Shown: positions 10,236 to 19,189 of the stretch, one piece after another
How positions within the stretch are numbered: position 1 is the first letter of the stretch
Layout: each line of letters opens with the position of its first letter
NCBI GenBank assembly: GCA_030650425.1
Contig: JAUSED010000009.1
Span: forward strand, 32,904 to 96,903
DNA length: 64,000 nt
DNA from: Candidatus Omnitrophota bacterium
GTDB lineage: Bacteria > Omnitrophota > Gorgyraeia > Gygaellales > Profunditerraquicolaceae
Reading direction: 5' to 3'
Position numbers and translations under genes: made by a program
The notes under the pieces: model-generated
Told to the model about the DNA's origin: nothing
Seen by the model: the letters and a program-made list of their open reading frames with translations, nothing else
The model's database searches: none

Positions 10236-10799
10236 ATGAACATCGCGAATAAGATTTCTACTTTTAGGATATTAAGCGTCCCGTTTTTTATCGCCAGCCT
10301 GCTTTATTATGCCCCGCAAAGAGATTATTTGAGGTTTATAGCCTTGGGAATTTTTATTCTGGCAGCGCTTTCAGATGCTATTGACGGCTATGTGGCCAGA
10401 AAATCAAAACTGCTCTCCAAGGCCGGGTTGATCCTCGATCCTTTGGGGGATAAGCTATTATTGATGAGCGCTTTTATCTGCCTTTACGCCAACACTAATC
10501 TGGCCCCCAGATTTCCGCTTTGGGTAATTCTTATCGTGATCAGCCGCGATGTGATTATCATCTTGGGCGCGATTGTAGTCTATATCGTAAAACAAAGCAT
10601 CAATATTATCCCTACCCGCTGGGGAAAAATTTCAACCCTCTTTCAAATGTTGGCGGTAATCTCTGTCTTGCTGCAGTTAAAATTTTCTCCGCTATTTTGG
10701 TGGTTGGCAGCCATTTTTACGGTTGTATCGGGCGCTTTCTACATCAACAGGGGATTTGTGATACTCTATGCTTTGGACAGTTCTCGGAATAATCATTAG
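10236..10799 (+). CDS. pgsA: CDP-alcohol phosphatidyltransferase (PgsA-like)
   Basis: DAIDGYVAR...G.ILDPLGDK motif; hydrophobic. Confidence 0.85.
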   Translation: MNIANKISTFRILSVPFFIASLLYYAPQRDYLRFIALGIFILAALSDAIDGYVARKSKLLSKAGLILDPLGDKLLLMSAFICLYANTNLAPRFPLWVILIVISRDVIIILGAIVVYIVKQSINIIPTRWGKISTLFQMLAVISVLLQLKFSPLFWWLAAIFTVVSGAFYINRGFVILYALDSSRNNH

Positions 10800-11385
10800 T
10801 TATTTTATAGGTTCAATTCCTACCGCCTACATCTTTGGCCGTTTGATTAAAGGCGTAGATATCCGTAAATTCGGCTCAGGAAATGTCGGAGCGACCAATG
10901 CCCTTAGGCTATTAGGTAAAGGCTGGGGGATAACGGTATTAGTTTTAGATATACTCAAAGGGTTTTTACCTGTAATATTCCTATATAATATTCTAGGTTC
11001 TAAGTCCAATCTATCATTGGAAACCTTCTGTATTCTTATCGGCGTAAGTTGTATCTGCGGCCATAACTGGACGATCTTCTTAAGGTTTAAAGGCGGCAAA
11101 GGTGTGGCTACCACATTAGGCGTATTTTTGGGGCTCTCCGTAATCATCCCCGGACTAAAGATTGTCCTGGGGTTAACTATCCTAGTCTGGTTAGTTACAT
11201 TCATGATTAGGAGAGTTATCTCTCTGGCATCAATATTGGCTGCTTTAAGTTTTCCTTTATTCGCGATATTATTCAGGCAATCCCCCGGCCTGACTTTTAT
11301 AAGTATACTACTGGCAGCATTCATTATCTTCCGTCACAAATCCAACATCAAAAGAATCCTCGCGGGGAAAGAAACTCGCCTTTAG
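10768..11385 (+). CDS. plsY: Glycerol-3-phosphate acyltransferase PlsY
   Basis: GSIP, GSGNVGATN, GGKGVAT, RHKSNIKRI..GKE. Confidence 0.96.
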   Translation: MLWTVLGIIISYFIGSIPTAYIFGRLIKGVDIRKFGSGNVGATNALRLLGKGWGITVLVLDILKGFLPVIFLYNILGSKSNLSLETFCILIGVSCICGHNWTIFLRFKGGKGVATTLGVFLGLSVIIPGLKIVLGLTILVWLVTFMIRRVISLASILAALSFPLFAILFRQSPGLTFISILLAAFIIFRHKSNIKRILAGKETRL

Positions 11386-11415
11386 AAACCGCTTTCTTTT
11401 TAACCCCAAATAGGC

Positions 11416-11444
11416 TTGAAAGCACCTTGGCAAGCCTTTATACT
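11416..11444 (+). promoter_or_regulatory. Putative sigma70 promoter
   Basis: TTGAAA-N17-TATACT upstream of the ORF at 11468. Confidence 0.5.
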
Positions 11445-11467
11445 CTGTCTTGAAGGGGTGAATTAAA

Positions 11468-11800
11468 ATGCGCGACCTATTGTTTAAGAACTTGACTTCT
11501 GACGACCACAGGCGCAAGATAATCGCCAGCTCTGAAATTGTGGAAAAACAGGGCGTGCGCAGTATCATCCGCAGGCATTTTATCTGCATGGTTAAGGAAA
11601 TCAAAGATGAGCGTAATATCCAAAAACCGTTGCCGCATCTTTATATCCTTAAAGAACATAACACTAGAGAGCAAAAAGAAAAGTTTTTCTGCAAAATCAA
11701 AGGCAGCCTCTGTGCGGTACATAAAGGTAAATTATTATTAGTTATCTTTATGCATTCCCTCAAAATTGACCTCGTAACTCTTCCGCAGCAAGTAAACTGA
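11468..11800 (+). CDS. Hypothetical protein (110 aa, basic)
   Basis: ATG with SD-like GAAGGGGTG, own promoter, fills the intergenic gap; no family recognised. Confidence 0.65.
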   Translation: MRDLLFKNLTSDDHRRKIIASSEIVEKQGVRSIIRRHFICMVKEIKDERNIQKPLPHLYILKEHNTREQKEKFFCKIKGSLCAVHKGKLLLVIFMHSLKIDLVTLPQQVN

Positions 11801-11817
11801 TTTTTCTTAAAGACTAG

Positions 11818-11846
11818 TTGCATATTACGGAAATACATGGTATAAG
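11818..11846 (+). promoter_or_regulatory. Putative sigma70 promoter (near-leaderless) for the PIN gene
   Basis: TTGCAT-N17-TATAAG with extended -10 TG, 10 nt before ATG 11856. Confidence 0.45.
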
Positions 11847-11855
11847 TTATTTGTT

Positions 11856-12329
11856 ATGAAGATACCCAAGTTTTATTTTGATACATCAATATTTAATTTT
11901 GCGCTTGCTGATGATGTTCCCACGGAAAGGGAAATTACTCTTAGGCTTCTTGAAGAAGTAAGAGGCGGCAAGTACGAGGTATTCATTTCGGAAGTAGTTT
12001 TAAGAGAAATAAACAGAGCCCCGCAAGAGAAAGCGGTAAAATTAAGAGACTGTATCAAGAAAATAAATCCAGAAGAGCTTATTTTGGATGAGAATACTCT
12101 ATCTTTAGCGAAAGAATACATAGACAAAGGGGTTATCCCGCCAAAATACGAAGACGATGCGTTGCACATTGCGGTAGCTTCGGTAAATAATTTGGATGCA
12201 ATAGTGAGTTGGAATTTTACCCATATCGTAAAATTAAAGACTAAGCGGGAAGTTTCAGGAATAAACACCCTCATGGGATACAAGCCTATAGAAATCTGTT
12301 CTCCTCAGGAGGTGATTGAAAATGCTTAA
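11856..12329 (+). CDS. PIN domain protein (VapC-like toxin)
   Basis: YFDTSIF, ISEVVLREI, DDALHIAVA, IVSWNFTHI. Confidence 0.88.
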   Translation: MKIPKFYFDTSIFNFALADDVPTEREITLRLLEEVRGGKYEVFISEVVLREINRAPQEKAVKLRDCIKKINPEELILDENTLSLAKEYIDKGVIPPKYEDDALHIAVASVNNLDAIVSWNFTHIVKLKTKREVSGINTLMGYKPIEICSPQEVIENA

Positions 12330-12492
12330 AGAATCAGGACCAATGAAAGAGATCCACGAAATTCAGGAAATACTTTACGAAGAGCATAAAAAAATGACAA
12401 ATAAAGAGAAGCTTGTTACGCTTCACCGTGAAGCGGAAGAGGCAGAAAGAAAATACGGCTTCACCCTAAGAAAGGTTTCTCATGTAAAATAA
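12322..12492 (+). CDS. Small protein (56 aa), putative partner/antitoxin of the PIN protein
   Basis: Not in the ORF track; MLKESGPMKEIHEIQEILYEEHKKMTNKEKLVTLHREAEEAERKYGFTLRKVSHVK; SD CAGGAGGTG; overlaps the PIN stop. Confidence 0.7.
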   Translation: MLKESGPMKEIHEIQEILYEEHKKMTNKEKLVTLHREAEEAERKYGFTLRKVSHVK

Positions 12493-12555
12493 CTTTTACC
12501 CCGCACGATCCGTGTGTGCGGTGGTAAAAAAAAGAAAGCGTAAGAAATTAAATTA

Positions 12556-12583
12556 TTGACAAGACCAAAAACTGATATATAAT
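12556..12583 (+). promoter_or_regulatory. Consensus sigma70 promoter
   Basis: TTGACA-N16-TATAAT, 10 nt upstream of ATG 12594. Confidence 0.65.
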
Positions 12584-12593
12584 ATTTTTAATT

Positions 12594-15377
12594 ATGAGTA
12601 GAAAATATTTCGTCTTGTCGCTGCTTTTGCTCCTGCTGTTTTTGTCTCTTCTCACCGAAAAATCTTTTGCTTCTGGCCCGGCCGCGGATTATCTATGCGA
12701 GCTGGGCGCTACTTTTTATAGCATGGGCAGGTATGACGATGCTCTTTCGGAATTCAATAAGGCGTTGATGCTTGATCCCGGGAGCGAAACCGCCAAAAAA
12801 TATATTAACGATATTTTTAAACAAAATCTTAATCCCCTTGGCACAACCAAGCCAATATCAGAAGAAAAACCAGCCCTAAAAAAAGTCTCGAAAGTGCTTT
12901 CGAAAGAAGAAATAATGAGCGAGGCTATGAATAACTTCGAGAATAAAACTCCAGAAGACAAGAGCTATTCTCGCCCTTATAAATCTCCTGAAAAAAAGCC
13001 ATCAGCGGTAACCGAAGAAAGGGGAACTAAGGTCGGCCCCTTTAAAATAAGTGGAGAAACCCAGCTTAGTTTTGGGGTTACTCCTGATGACTTTATTTGG
13101 AAGAGGGCAAACTTTAATTTAAATGAGCGTTTTAAGAGCTACCGGATGACCTCTGATGCCGCGTTTGACCGCAGGTTTAATACCTTTGACCCTGCGATTT
13201 ACGACTCGCTTAGCCTGAATGTAGATACCGAAAATAAAGAGGGATTTAATTTTCATACCAATCTTACGGTTGACCCCTGGAGTTTCACCGGTAAAAGCAG
13301 TAAGGTAACAATCCCTTCCGGAAATGATACTGCAGAAATACAGTTGCGTTACTGGTCAAATACCGGCTATGTGGTGAATAATACAGCTTATACCTTGCTT
13401 GCAGGTGATACGATTAATATTCCAGAGCTTAAAGTTAAAAATGGTAAAACTGACCCTTTTATCGTTACTTCTGATAGGTTAGGTAATAATTTCAATATTC
13501 CTTCTATGAAAATAAAGCGCGAATTCCAGCCTTTGCGCGAATTCTGGCTTGATTATACCAATGATCAGGCTAAATTCCGCGTTTTTCCTATGGGCTACCA
13601 AGACCAGGCTTATACTTCCGATGACCCTATGAACATAACTAATCATGGTATATGGTGGAAGGATAGTAAGTGGTTGCGTCAGTATACACCGGGTAATTTT
13701 AATCCTAATGATGCTCCTGTTTCGTTTGTTAAGGGCCGTTGGGATGATTCACTTTCTTTTCAGGTCAAGGATAGCACAGGTAAATATCTAACCGCCTTAA
13801 GAGGTTTTGCTTTTAATTTCCAACCGGAGGAAAACACTTCATTGGATATTACTGCCGCGACTCCCAAGCATCTTTGGCAGGATTATGCCGCGGTGGATAA
13901 CGCGATTTTAGCCACCCGGCTAAAGCATTATTTTGCCGATAACTTTATGCTCGGAGCTACCTTTACCAACCGTTCCGGTTTTATCACCCAAAAAAGCCAG
14001 AAGCTGGATAGCTTGAATTTCGTCACTGGCGTGGATTTAGGCTATGAAATAGCCGACGGCCTAAAAGCCCAGGCCGAAGTTTTAGCTTCCCAGTCAAAAT
14101 ACGATATGAGCAATGCCGGCTACGAGACCGATGCCAAAGGAAATGCCTATTATTTTTCTTTTATTACCCGCTACCCTTATAAGAAGATTATGGATTTAAA
14201 ATATGGATATGACGATATAGCTATAGATAAGGACGAGAGTTTCTTGGTAAAGGGAAAGTTTTACCTTAGCCGTATGGATTCAGGATTTGATTCGGCGCTT
14301 TCGGATTATCATAATACCCGGCAGGATGTCTTTTGGTCAAGGCATATCCATTTTCGCACGCCTTTGGATTATTATAGCGAAGGACTGGATAAGCCTGTTG
14401 ACCATTGGGGAGAGCTTAATTCTACGCGCATCGGAGACGGTATTGATTCCGGCAGGAGCACCATAGGGTTTCGGCTGGAAACTTTCTTTGAGGATAAATT
14501 TACCAATCTTTTTGATGTGCGTAATGTGCATAATCAACAAGGAAAATTTGTGGAAAACGTAGCGCGGGATGAAGCAACGTTAAAACTCACGGATAAACTT
14601 ACGGCCAAAGGTTTGGGTATTTATCATAAATTACCTAAAACTGTTGGCGGAATAGATCCGTTTGTCTATGATGGTAAGACCGGGAACTTCTTTATTAATA
14701 ACGATGTACCGGATGGAGTGAATCCTACGCTTAAAACCGGCTCTATTGGTTTAAATTACGATTTCTTTGACTGGTTGAGTTTAAATGGTATCTATGAACG
14801 TACGAATGATTACACCTTAGCTTACGGTGATTTTCCTCGTAATGTGCTAAGAAATGACACGACTTTAAACAGCGTAACCTTTCAGGATAGTAATCGTTAC
14901 CGTTCTGTCACACCTTTTCTTTTTAACCAAGGCGTCTTCCCTCAGGCCCCGTATGAATTTTATAATGTATTTAAATGTGGTTTAAAGATAATGCCTTTAG
15001 ATAATCTGGAGATTTATCTTGATTACACCAGAAATGAATTTGAAGCTGCTTCTATGATTTCTGATAGTATGAATCATGTGGGTATAGATATTGCCTATAT
15101 GCCGACTAAGAAGATGGGTATGTTTTTTAAATATACCTACTCTCGTTCTCAGGAACTACAGAGGTTACAAGATGGAATTACTGAACCCTTAGGCCACCAT
15201 AATTTCTTTGGCGAATTCAGGTATCTGCCTTCCAAGGATGACCAGCTAATTTTAGAGTATGGAGTGGGTGACTATACTAATATCGGTAATCTTGGCTCTA
15301 TGGATCCCTATGGTGGAGGCATGCTTACCTTAGACACGCAGCACATCATCCGCGCTTATTACCGCAGGAAATTTTAA
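12594..15377 (+). CDS. Secreted TPR-containing putative outer-membrane beta-barrel protein (927 aa)
   Basis: Signal peptide, one TPR (LGATFYSMGRYDDALSEFNKALMLDP), low-complexity linker, alternating aromatic beta-strands, C-terminal YYRRKF. Confidence 0.7.
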   Translation: MSRKYFVLSLLLLLLFLSLLTEKSFASGPAADYLCELGATFYSMGRYDDALSEFNKALMLDPGSETAKKYINDIFKQNLNPLGTTKPISEEKPALKKVSKVLSKEEIMSEAMNNFENKTPEDKSYSRPYKSPEKKPSAVTEERGTKVGPFKISGETQLSFGVTPDDFIWKRANFNLNERFKSYRMTSDAAFDRRFNTFDPAIYDSLSLNVDTENKEGFNFHTNLTVDPWSFTGKSSKVTIPSGNDTAEIQLRYWSNTGYVVNNTAYTLLAGDTINIPELKVKNGKTDPFIVTSDRLGNNFNIPSMKIKREFQPLREFWLDYTNDQAKFRVFPMGYQDQAYTSDDPMNITNHGIWWKDSKWLRQYTPGNFNPNDAPVSFVKGRWDDSLSFQVKDSTGKYLTALRGFAFNFQPEENTSLDITAATPKHLWQDYAAVDNAILATRLKHYFADNFMLGATFTNRSGFITQKSQKLDSLNFVTGVDLGYEIADGLKAQAEVLASQSKYDMSNAGYETDAKGNAYYFSFITRYPYKKIMDLKYGYDDIAIDKDESFLVKGKFYLSRMDSGFDSALSDYHNTRQDVFWSRHIHFRTPLDYYSEGLDKPVDHWGELNSTRIGDGIDSGRSTIGFRLETFFEDKFTNLFDVRNVHNQQGKFVENVARDEATLKLTDKLTAKGLGIYHKLPKTVGGIDPFVYDGKTGNFFINNDVPDGVNPTLKTGSIGLNYDFFDWLSLNGIYERTNDYTLAYGDFPRNVLRNDTTLNSVTFQDSNRYRSVTPFLFNQGVFPQAPYEFYNVFKCGLKIMPLDNLEIYLDYTRNEFEAASMISDSMNHVGIDIAYMPTKKMGMFFKYTYSRSQELQRLQDGITEPLGHHNFFGEFRYLPSKDDQLILEYGVGDYTNIGNLGSMDPYGGGMLTLDTQHIIRAYYRRKF

Positions 15378-15381
15378 ATTT

Positions 15382-15458
15382 GTCATTGCGAGGGCACGAA
15401 GTGCCCGAAGCAATCTCTGAAACGGGATTGCTTCGTCGCTAGCGCTCCTCGCAATGAC
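15382..15458. repeat. Palindromic element with GTCATTGCGAG...CTCGCAATGAC ends (RPE/REP-like)
   Basis: 12-bp terminal inverted repeats, internal hairpins GGGCAC/GTGCCC and CGAAGCAATC/GATTGCTTCG; lies between convergent genes. Confidence 0.85.
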
Positions 15459-15467
15459 TACCGAGTT

Positions 15468-18400
15468 TTATACTAAGTAAATATCTATCTTACTGATCTG
15501 GCGTGATCTTATTGCTTCCGCGTATGGCGAGGGTATAAGCGAAGAATTAAATTCGATAGGCTTATCTTTATCCCAAAGGATAACTTTAATAATTTGCGCC
15601 GCATGCTTGCCAAAGGTATCTTTTCTTTTAGGGTTATGATAGGTAACGTTGATTTTGCCTAGGAAATTAAAACTGTAATTACCTCTTTTGTTAAATAGCC
15701 AGCCGTTAAGTTTAGGCTCAAACCTTAAAGCTAATTTATCATTTTCTAGGAAGAAAGGGTTCTTGCCGATATTCATTGTCAGCCATATTTGGAGGAATTC
15801 CGCGGTTGACCCTGAGAGCCGGGCGACAAATCCGTTTCCGTGCAGTTTTTTATCGGGAAAGGCGCTGCTCACTAAAAAAGAGGAGTTTTCTAAAATACTT
15901 CTTCCATAAACAGCGGGTTTCTGAAAAGGGATAAGCACATTTTTAAAATCCGCGTAGAACTCTTCATATAGCCCTGTCTTTAAAAGCTCCAAAAGGTATT
16001 TATATTCCATATGCAGCCAGATGGATTCATTTTCCAGCCAGCCCGGGGTAAAGATCCGGCATCTTCCGATATCTTCCGGCATATTTCCTAAAGCCGCGGT
16101 TACCTTATACATCTTAAGTTTTTGATCAAAGAGCCCGCTATTTTTTGTCCCCAAGTGAATCTTACGGGCTTTCTCCTGATTATCAGCGAGCCTAAGTCCG
16201 TGCATTTGCGTCTCAAGGAATAGCGGAAGCTTAATTTGCCTAAATTCAGTTGGTTTGATAAAATGCTCGTCGCCAGTTTTGTAGGTAATCACTTCGTTGA
16301 TAAAATAACCGCAATAGGTTTTTTTCTTTTCATCCCAAGCCTTATTTATCCCGGCATCGATTTGCTTGAGCAATGTATCGATAATTCCGATTATTTCGCG
16401 GGGAGAGATTTCTCTTTCATTTCCGCTAACACCCATTTTGGTTAAGAGGCGGTAATTTTCTTTAGCCGAGTGGGTTTGGTCCCACCAACTATAATCATCA
16501 ATCTTATTATTAGATAAATCCAGGGTGAGCTGGTTAAGCCCGCTTAAAAGCGCGTAAATCTCTTCGGTTATATTCAACCTACCAACGCCGGTTTTTTGCA
16601 GAGCGCCTTGAATGAAAAGGCAGAGCCGTTTTAACTCGAATGTCTCGCAAAGCGACGAACCAAAGAGGGCAGGAAGGCCGTTTAGCGAGTCAAACCAATT
16701 AGGTTTATCCGCCTCCATTTCTATTCCTATACCGAATGGATCAAGGGAAGCGAATTTATTAGCAACTAGACAGAGTAGCTTATTAATTAATACTGTTTCA
16801 TAGACTTGCTCTCCTTGGGACAAGGCTCTTACTAGATGGGGAGATTCACGCCGCTTATGGAGTGCCTCTTTTTTAAAGTTATCGTTAACAACCGAATGTA
16901 ATTGTCGGGGTTTACCATTATAAAGAAGGTATTTTTCACTGCGCGGCTTAACCACTTCGGAATTATCGAAAAAAGTGAATTTTCTCTCTTCAAAAACTAT
17001 TTTTTTAAGCTCTTCCGGATAAACTTTTAAATAACTTTCCAGGATATCAAGGTTATAATGCCAATGGTCGCTCCAAAATCCTTCTCCGTGTTCAGCTTCA
17101 TCAATTTTAAGCGAAGAAGCGATGACTAGGTCGAGCAATTCGTCATAAGTTGCGTTGAGCTTGATCTTGTTATCTTCAATGAAGAGAATAAGCTCGCCGG
17201 GAGTAAATTTCTTCTCAAGGAATGAAAGTATCCTGTCGATTTTATTTTCGGGAGCAATGTTATTTAGTTTGGCCCTAAGGTTTTCTTTATCTTTCAGGAT
17301 AAAAATTGATCCCTTTACGGTTAGGGGATTAAAACCGTCTAACTGGATTAAGTTAAAGAGGGTAGTAACATTTTCATCTTTTATTTCAGGATTAAACCAG
17401 ATGTCGTTCCTGCGGTTCTGGTTTAAATCGCGGTAGTTCCCGTTTCCCTGAGCGAAGTAGGTAGGGGCGATCTGGAATTTATTATAATCGCGCTCAGGAT
17501 CCCCGTGTTTACGCGCATAAAGGTAAAATGTTTTCCCTGATTTAAAAGTAAGAGGATAGCCGCCGCGCATCAGGTTATCCAGATAGGTTTGTTGAGCATA
17601 GAGATCGAATACTTTTGAGCTTGAGGAAGTATGGATATCGTTCATTAATTCTTCAATAATCCGCCTGTTTTCTGCTTTCTTTTTTTCGAGGTAACCGCTG
17701 GAGGTAATTTTAGGGATAGCCTTATTGAGCGCCTCAAGGCTGCGCATGTAGCCAATCACTGAGTATAGGGTTTTTTCTTCCTCTTTTGCTAATTTTAGAT
17801 TTAGAAAAGAGAAGGCGGAAGGAGTTTTAGCGTTGAGCTTTTTAGACGCGGAAGCGCCGAGCCCCTTATTTTTAATAAAATTAATCGGTAAGGAAAAATC
17901 GGTGATTTCGGCGAAAACATCTTCAGCATCAATTATTGGTTGGGTAAGTTTTATTTGATTGCCTTCCGAAGTAAAACCTAAGTAAAAATTACCCTCGTTA
18001 ATATGTATAACTTCCGGCCGGTCAACTGGATCGACCTTAAGCCGGTAAAAAGGTGCTTTATTTTTTAGATTTTCTACCTCCATCCACGCTTCGATGGTCC
18101 GGGACATTTTTTTCAAGAAAAAGTTGTTCGTTCCAAAAGGGATTATTTGAGGTAAACCATCAATCAGCTCGATCTTTTTATCGGTTCTAGAGGTATTTTC
18201 TATGGTTAAAATCCGGCTAAGGCCGGCGTAGTTATCCGACGGGATATTGAAATATTCAACCCTTACTTTCAACCCTAAGGTAGAATTGGTTTCTTCAAGC
18301 GATAGCCCCCATGGGCTGATGAGCATTTTATTATGAATATTATAGTTAAGATTGCTAAAGCCGTTGTGAAAAGGTTCGTAAAAAATAGTTTTAGCTTGGG

Positions 18401-18677
18401 TAGATATTTTAATGAAAGTGCGGAAGCCTTGGCTGCTAACGAGTTGCCAGGCTTTATTCGCCGGGAGGAATTCCAGGATGGCATGGTCTTTATCTTTGAT
18501 CCCAAAACTTGAGATAGCCTGACCGCGGTTGACATAAAAGGTCCACATTGGTATGCCGTATTTACCGGCTATACCGGGAAAGAAATTGGAAAAGGGCTTG
18601 GCGTAGTTATAGTTTTCGATAACGAACTGGCCAGCCTCATTCAGGTAATATTTAGGTGTTTGAGTGGATATTTTCAT
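15468..18677 (-). CDS. Large glycoside phosphorylase, GH161-like (putative beta-1,3-glucan phosphorylase)
   Basis: About 1070 aa with NFFPGIAGKYGIPMW, GNGNYRD.NQNRR, NGLPALFGSS, GWLENESIWLHMEYKY, RLSGSTAEF; family assignment from recall; start taken at ATG 18677. Confidence 0.7.
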   Translation of the reverse strand: MKISTQTPKYYLNEAGQFVIENYNYAKPFSNFFPGIAGKYGIPMWTFYVNRGQAISSFGIKDKDHAILEFLPANKAWQLVSSQGFRTFIKISTQAKTIFYEPFHNGFSNLNYNIHNKMLISPWGLSLEETNSTLGLKVRVEYFNIPSDNYAGLSRILTIENTSRTDKKIELIDGLPQIIPFGTNNFFLKKMSRTIEAWMEVENLKNKAPFYRLKVDPVDRPEVIHINEGNFYLGFTSEGNQIKLTQPIIDAEDVFAEITDFSLPINFIKNKGLGASASKKLNAKTPSAFSFLNLKLAKEEEKTLYSVIGYMRSLEALNKAIPKITSSGYLEKKKAENRRIIEELMNDIHTSSSSKVFDLYAQQTYLDNLMRGGYPLTFKSGKTFYLYARKHGDPERDYNKFQIAPTYFAQGNGNYRDLNQNRRNDIWFNPEIKDENVTTLFNLIQLDGFNPLTVKGSIFILKDKENLRAKLNNIAPENKIDRILSFLEKKFTPGELILFIEDNKIKLNATYDELLDLVIASSLKIDEAEHGEGFWSDHWHYNLDILESYLKVYPEELKKIVFEERKFTFFDNSEVVKPRSEKYLLYNGKPRQLHSVVNDNFKKEALHKRRESPHLVRALSQGEQVYETVLINKLLCLVANKFASLDPFGIGIEMEADKPNWFDSLNGLPALFGSSLCETFELKRLCLFIQGALQKTGVGRLNITEEIYALLSGLNQLTLDLSNNKIDDYSWWDQTHSAKENYRLLTKMGVSGNEREISPREIIGIIDTLLKQIDAGINKAWDEKKKTYCGYFINEVITYKTGDEHFIKPTEFRQIKLPLFLETQMHGLRLADNQEKARKIHLGTKNSGLFDQKLKMYKVTAALGNMPEDIGRCRIFTPGWLENESIWLHMEYKYLLELLKTGLYEEFYADFKNVLIPFQKPAVYGRSILENSSFLVSSAFPDKKLHGNGFVARLSGSTAEFLQIWLTMNIGKNPFFLENDKLALRFEPKLNGWLFNKRGNYSFNFLGKINVTYHNPKRKDTFGKHAAQIIKVILWDKDKPIEFNSSLIPSPYAEAIRSRQISKIDIYLV

Positions 18678-18727
18678 CTGAAGATATTTTAGCCGATTTA
18701 GGCCTTTTGTCCACAAATTTTTCTAAT

Positions 18728-18825
18728 GTAGGGGACACAAACTAGGGGACACTTTCCTTTTGAGGCTTTCATTAGAGCCCTGACGGAAAGTGTCCCCTAG
18801 TTGTGAGTTAGGAAAGTGTCCCCTA
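18728..18825. repeat. Nested GGGGACAC(TTTCC) inverted-repeat cluster
   Basis: Two AGGGGACAC copies followed by two GGAAAGTGTCCCCT copies; core element 18742-18800. Confidence 0.9.
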
Positions 18826-18844
18826 TCTTTGAATCCGATTGTGT

Positions 18845-18873
18845 TTGACTTTTGGCTCGAGGGATGTTAAGAT
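18845..18873 (+). promoter_or_regulatory. Putative sigma70 promoter of the gatCAB operon
   Basis: TTGACT-N17-TAAGAT with extended -10 TG. Confidence 0.5.
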
Positions 18874-18899
18874 AATTTTTTATAACTACAAGGAGCGCT

Positions 18900-19187
18900 G
18901 TGGGGATAGACAAAAAGACAGTTGAGGGTGTGGCACATCTGGCGCGCATTGAGCTGGAGCCAAAGGAGTTAGAGAAATTATCTCATCAATTAGAGCATAT
19001 ATTGGCTTTTATTGATAAATTAAGCGTTTTAAACACGGATAATGTCCCTCCCACAAGCCATATTCTTCCGCTAAATAATGTATTAAGGAAAGACGAAACT
19101 AAGCCCTCACTTTCTATTGAAAAGACCCTTGCCAACGCGCCTGCTAAGCAAGGAAATTTTTTTGTTGTACCCAAGGTGATTGAATAG
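18900..19187 (+). CDS. gatC: Asp/Glu-tRNA amidotransferase subunit C
   Basis: VAHLARI, LRKDE, NAP....FFVVPKVIE; SD AAGGAG. Confidence 0.96.
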   Translation: MGIDKKTVEGVAHLARIELEPKELEKLSHQLEHILAFIDKLSVLNTDNVPPTSHILPLNNVLRKDETKPSLSIEKTLANAPAKQGNFFVVPKVIE

Positions 19188-19189
19188 AA

